The notes beneath the pieces were generated by a model. The model searched no databases and had not been told where the DNA came from. It saw nothing but the letters and a program-made list of their open reading frames with translations. Shown here one piece after another: positions 61,145 through 64,000 of a stretch of 64,000 bases of DNA. Source of the stretch: a virus. The position numbers and the translations under genes were made by a program. Position 1 is the first letter of the stretch. Every line of letters starts with the position of its first letter. The DNA lies in IMG/VR virus record IMGVR_UViG_3300011008_000022. One strand, given 5' to 3'.

Positions 61145-61408
61145 ATGGAAGAAAAACTTTTCGCTCGTATCGTGGCGCTCCTCACCGCCCACTTCGACAA
61201 CATGCCTGCAGCCGAGGACATCCACCTCGACGACAATCTGCATGAAGACCTCAATCTCGATTCTATCGACATTGTGGACTTCATTATGATGTGTGAAACG
61301 AACTTCAACATTAAACTCGACATGACAGATGCGAAGAACACGCACACCCTGCGCGACCTCATCCGTTCTATCATCGAAGTAAAGCCCAGCCTATGCGACG
61401 CACAGTAA
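61145..61408 (+). CDS. acyl carrier protein
   Basis: 87 aa acidic four-helix pattern with the phosphopantetheine-site motif DLNLDSIDIVDFI (DSxD). Confidence 0.75.
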   Translation: MEEKLFARIVALLTAHFDNMPAAEDIHLDDNLHEDLNLDSIDIVDFIMMCETNFNIKLDMTDAKNTHTLRDLIRSIIEVKPSLCDAQ

Positions 61409-62625
61409 TCACGGGCATGGGCATCTGGTCCTGCATCGGTCAGTCCGTTCAGGAGGTGGCTCAGTCTCTCCGTCTTGGAAAGAGTGGCATCGGCATCGAT
61501 CCTGAGCGTACCGCCTACGGCTACCAATCACCCCTTACCGGCATCGTGCCGCGTCCCGACATCAAGGCTCAGGGATTGCGACGCTCTCAGCGCATCACAC
61601 TCTCCGAACCTGGTGAATATGGCTACATGGCCATGAAAGAGGCGCTGACGATGGCTCCTGTCAGCGACCTCTATCGCTGTGGCCTTATCGTCAGCAATGA
61701 CAGCACTGCTGGCGCTCTCGCTGAGACAGAGGCTATCATGGCGGAATACCATGACAGCCGACGACTGGGTGCCGGCATGGTGTTCCGCACCCTCAATAGC
61801 TCGGTATCTATGTCGCTGGCTTCCATCTTTGGCATCGGTGGCCTCACACTCTCCGTCTCTGCTGCCTGTGCCGGTGGTGGCCACGCTATCGGTCTCGCTC
61901 ATTCGCTCATTCAGTCCGGCCAACTGGACTGCTGCATTGTGGTAGGCGCTCAGGAGGTAGGACTACATGCCTATACATCCTTTGATGCACTCGGTCTCTT
62001 CAGCAAGCGTACCGACAACCCAGCAGCTGCCTCACGTCCGTTTGACACAGAGCGTGACGGCCTCGTGCCCTCTGGTGGCGCTGCCTGCGTTATCCTCGAA
62101 ACAGCCGGACATGCCGCTATGGGAAACAGAAAACCCTTGGCCATGGTCGATGGCTATGGCTTCTCCACCAGTCCCGATCTCGTTTCTCCCTCTTCCGATG
62201 CTATTTACCAGTCCATGACCGCCGCCCTATCTGCCGCCACTGTGCCCAGCGGTTCTCCGCTGGGTCCTGGTATCTCCGCTATCATGGCTCACGCTACCTC
62301 CACGCCCGATGGCGACCGTGCCGAGGCAGAAGCTATCCACCGCTTCTGTCTTGATAATGGTCTATCTCATCCTTTCGTCATCAGCACCAAGGCGCTCACA
62401 GGTCACGAGTGCTGGATGTCGGGTGTCTCTCAGATCGTCTATGCACTCATACAGATGCAAGGTGGTTTCATAGCACCAAACATCAACCTCCGCACCATCG
62501 ACCCAGCAGCAGCTACGCTACGCATTCCAACAGCGCCAACCGTCACCACGCTAACCACCGTTCTCTGCAACGCCTTCGGTTTCGGTGGCACCAACAGTAG
62601 CCTGGTAATCTCTCGCGCTGGCTAA
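61393..62625 (+). CDS. beta-ketoacyl-ACP synthase (KAS I/II, FabF/FabB-like)
   Basis: VITGMGIWS, active-site SAACAGGGHAIG (Cys), HATSTPDGDRAE (His), TGHECWMSG (His), NAFGFGGTNSSLVI; overlaps the ACP gene by 16 nt; in-frame hairpin 62237-62266. Confidence 0.85.
   Translation: MRRTVITGMGIWSCIGQSVQEVAQSLRLGKSGIGIDPERTAYGYQSPLTGIVPRPDIKAQGLRRSQRITLSEPGEYGYMAMKEALTMAPVSDLYRCGLIVSNDSTAGALAETEAIMAEYHDSRRLGAGMVFRTLNSSVSMSLASIFGIGGLTLSVSAACAGGGHAIGLAHSLIQSGQLDCCIVVGAQEVGLHAYTSFDALGLFSKRTDNPAAASRPFDTERDGLVPSGGAACVILETAGHAAMGNRKPLAMVDGYGFSTSPDLVSPSSDAIYQSMTAALSAATVPSGSPLGPGISAIMAHATSTPDGDRAEAEAIHRFCLDNGLSHPFVISTKALTGHECWMSGVSQIVYALIQMQGGFIAPNINLRTIDPAAATLRIPTAPTVTTLTTVLCNAFGFGGTNSSLVISRAG
62237..62266 (+). 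repeat. family-A hairpin, in frame in the ketoacyl synthase gene
   Basis: ccactgtgCCCAGCGGttctCCGCTGGGtc (peptide ATVPSGSPLG). Confidence 0.9.
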
Positions 62626-62655
62626 TCACCGTGCCCAGCGCCTCTCCGCTGGGCT
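62626..62655 (+). repeat. family-A hairpin, abuts the KAS stop codon
   Basis: tcaccgtgCCCAGCGcctctcCGCTGGGct. Confidence 0.9.
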
Positions 62656-62773
62656 TCGCTAACTATTCTTGTACTACCGCTCTGTCGGTAATGTCTTCAT
62701 TCGGTGGCTGTGCTGTGAAGCACGGCCACCGCCTTTCTATCATCCTCTCCATCGCTCGTCACTAATCAAAAAG

Positions 62774-62793
62774 CCCAGCCGTTATCGGCTGGG
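62774..62793 (+). repeat. family-A hairpin in a non-coding region
   Basis: CCCAGCCGttatCGGCTGGG. Confidence 0.85.
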
Positions 62794-63061
62794 TCTCTAT
62801 CTGTCTTCGTCTATTGTGTGGGACTGTATCGCCACCTCCGCGCTCATCGGTAATATCCAGCGCCGCAAGGCGCTGTGTCAGCGTCAGTGTCATTGGCTGG
62901 GGCACCTACGGTGGTATCATTCACAGCGGCAACGCCGCTGTCCTCTATATAGCGCAAATAGGCGCATATTACCCCAATTTAATACATGGTGCAAAGGTAA
63001 TCATTTTCCGCGACATCACCAAACTTTTTCGCCACTATTTTCTAATTATTTTCCCGCTCCC

Positions 63062-63089
63062 GTTCTGCATGTCGCTATGTCATAGCGAC
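63062..63089 (+). repeat. family-B hairpin in a non-coding region
   Basis: gttctgcatGTCGCTATGtCATAGCGAC. Confidence 0.9.
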
Positions 63090-63102
63090 CAGGACTCCTC
63101 TT

Positions 63103-63127
63103 CCACTCCCAGCCGTTCTTGGCTGGG
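63103..63127 (+). repeat. family-A hairpin in a non-coding region
   Basis: ccactCCCAGCCGttctTGGCTGGG. Confidence 0.8.
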
Positions 63128-63800
63128 CATATCTATCTACCCCGCGCCCCTCAGTGATGGCAAAAGTAATTTCGAGGATGGCATCTTTCTCCCTCTCTTT
63201 CCCCTATTTACCGCGCCTCTCCCTCATTTTTACCCTCCAAAAAGTAAAAATGACGTTATTTTGGCATACCTCATCCTAATTTTGCGAAAAATTCTTTTGA
63301 AGAAATGATAAAATCCCGTACCCTAAAAGTGATTGAGCAATAAAGCGAAAGCTCCGCTTTCTCCTTTGAGTATCAACGAGTTGTGGGGGAACGGGGTAAG
63401 CAGTTAAGCGGTGCGTTTTGCTACTTTTCAGTGTAATTTCTGAATTTCTATTTTTCTCCTGTATGCGCTAAAGTTTGTAGAGAAATGGGTAAAAATAACT
63501 TTTTACTATGATAATGTAATGAGTATCAACGACTTACACGAAAACAAAAACGTCTTTTTGATAACTTTTTCCAACTCTCCACAACTTTTACCCAGAATTT
63601 TCACCTTGCATGTTCCGATGGATGGGGCTGCAAAAAGTTATTTTGAAAGTTCAAGGAAGAAAATCTCCCCATTCAGGGAAAAATCTCCCTCGAAAGTGTT
63701 AAAACTTATATCAAATTAGAAAATAATTGGTATTTTATTTTGTAAATTCAAAGTTTATCTTTAATTTTACGGCAAAATAACAAATATAATCTCAGTTTAT

Positions 63801-64000
63801 ATGAAAACCTATCTTATTCTACTCAACTGGGTATTCATCGCCGCTATCATAGGCATCTGCCAGTGGCAACACCCGCTCATCGCTGGTTGGGCTTTCTTGG
63901 TCGGCTTCCTCATGGGGGCATTCTTAACAGTTGGTCTTGTTACCGTCCAGTTCGCTAAGGACCCGTCCAACGAGAAGGAATGGCGCTGGCGACATAGCTA
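63801..64000 (+). CDS. membrane protein, 3' end outside window
   Basis: ATG 63801 (MKTYLILLNWVFIAAIIGICQW...) open to the window end; two hydrophobic helices; AT-rich promoter-like region upstream. Confidence 0.45.
   Translation, partial: MKTYLILLNWVFIAAIIGICQWQHPLIAGWAFLVGFLMGAFLTVGLVTVQFAKDPSNEKEWRWRHS

Noticed and set aside
1453-63127. CRISPR array or solitary CRISPR repeats as an explanation for the hairpins
   Set aside because: Spacing ranges from about 10 nt to several kb. Many copies are inside ORFs, there is no regular repeat-spacer structure, and no cas genes are present. A decoy or solitary-repeat role cannot be excluded but has no support here.
62669-63308. ORFs 62669..63085 and 62814..63308
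   Set aside because: They run through family-A and family-B hairpins, have poor composition, and lack start context.
1-64000. tRNA, rRNA or tmRNA genes
   Set aside because: Inspection of the non-coding stretches (14.5-15.8 kb, 29.7-30.2 kb, 42.55-42.75 kb, 43.66-43.83 kb, 62.6-63.8 kb) showed no cloverleaf-like arrangement. This was not verified with tRNAscan.

Overview
Gene-dense segment of a tailed dsDNA phage, most likely a phage-plasmid, of a Bacteroidota host. Host is inferred from repeated -33 TTTG / -7 TAnnTTTG promoters, near absence of Shine-Dalgarno sites, and lipobox proteins. Layout: 1-11.1 kb, + strand virion/lysis block (large hypothetical proteins, holin-like protein). 11.2-14.7 kb, regulators plus two secreted/lipoprotein morons. 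14.5-15.8 kb, non-coding multi-repeat region. 15.8-19.2 kb, visibly GC-richer island with a 768-aa J-domain protein. 19.3-28.4 kb, early block of small genes, an N6A methyltransferase and a truncated NAD-ligase. 28.5-31.7 kb, plasmid-type maintenance module (ParA, RHH ParG-like protein, iterons, Rep). 32.5-42.5 kb, minus-strand accessory block with GNAT, an NrdG/QueE-like radical SAM protein, two methyltransferases and a PAPS-reductase-like gene; the last three are all interrupted at poly-G tracts. 42.7-54.6 kb, regulation/replication block (CI-like repressor, exonuclease, primase-helicase, SSB-like protein, DnaN clamp, dUTPase, HNH, C5-methyltransferase). 54.7-62.6 kb, tape-measure protein followed by ACP plus ketoacyl synthase. 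I recognised no rRNA, tRNA, CRISPR array, integrase or transposase. Most unusual signals: (1) about 40 copies of a ~30-nt GC hairpin, all in one genomic orientation, many abutting stop codons and about 15 embedded in frame inside genes with compensatory stem changes. (2) Four G7-G9 tracts, each followed by TAWT, that break three adjacent DNA-modification genes. (3) Further oriented hairpin families, TTCATCA heptamer arrays before start codons, and nut-like leader hairpins. (4) A second iteron-like repeat region far from the Rep origin. (5) The SSB-tip motif DDLPF on both the primase-helicase and the SSB-like protein. (6) ACP plus KAS genes placed after the tape measure. All functional calls come from motif recognition by eye; no database search was possible.
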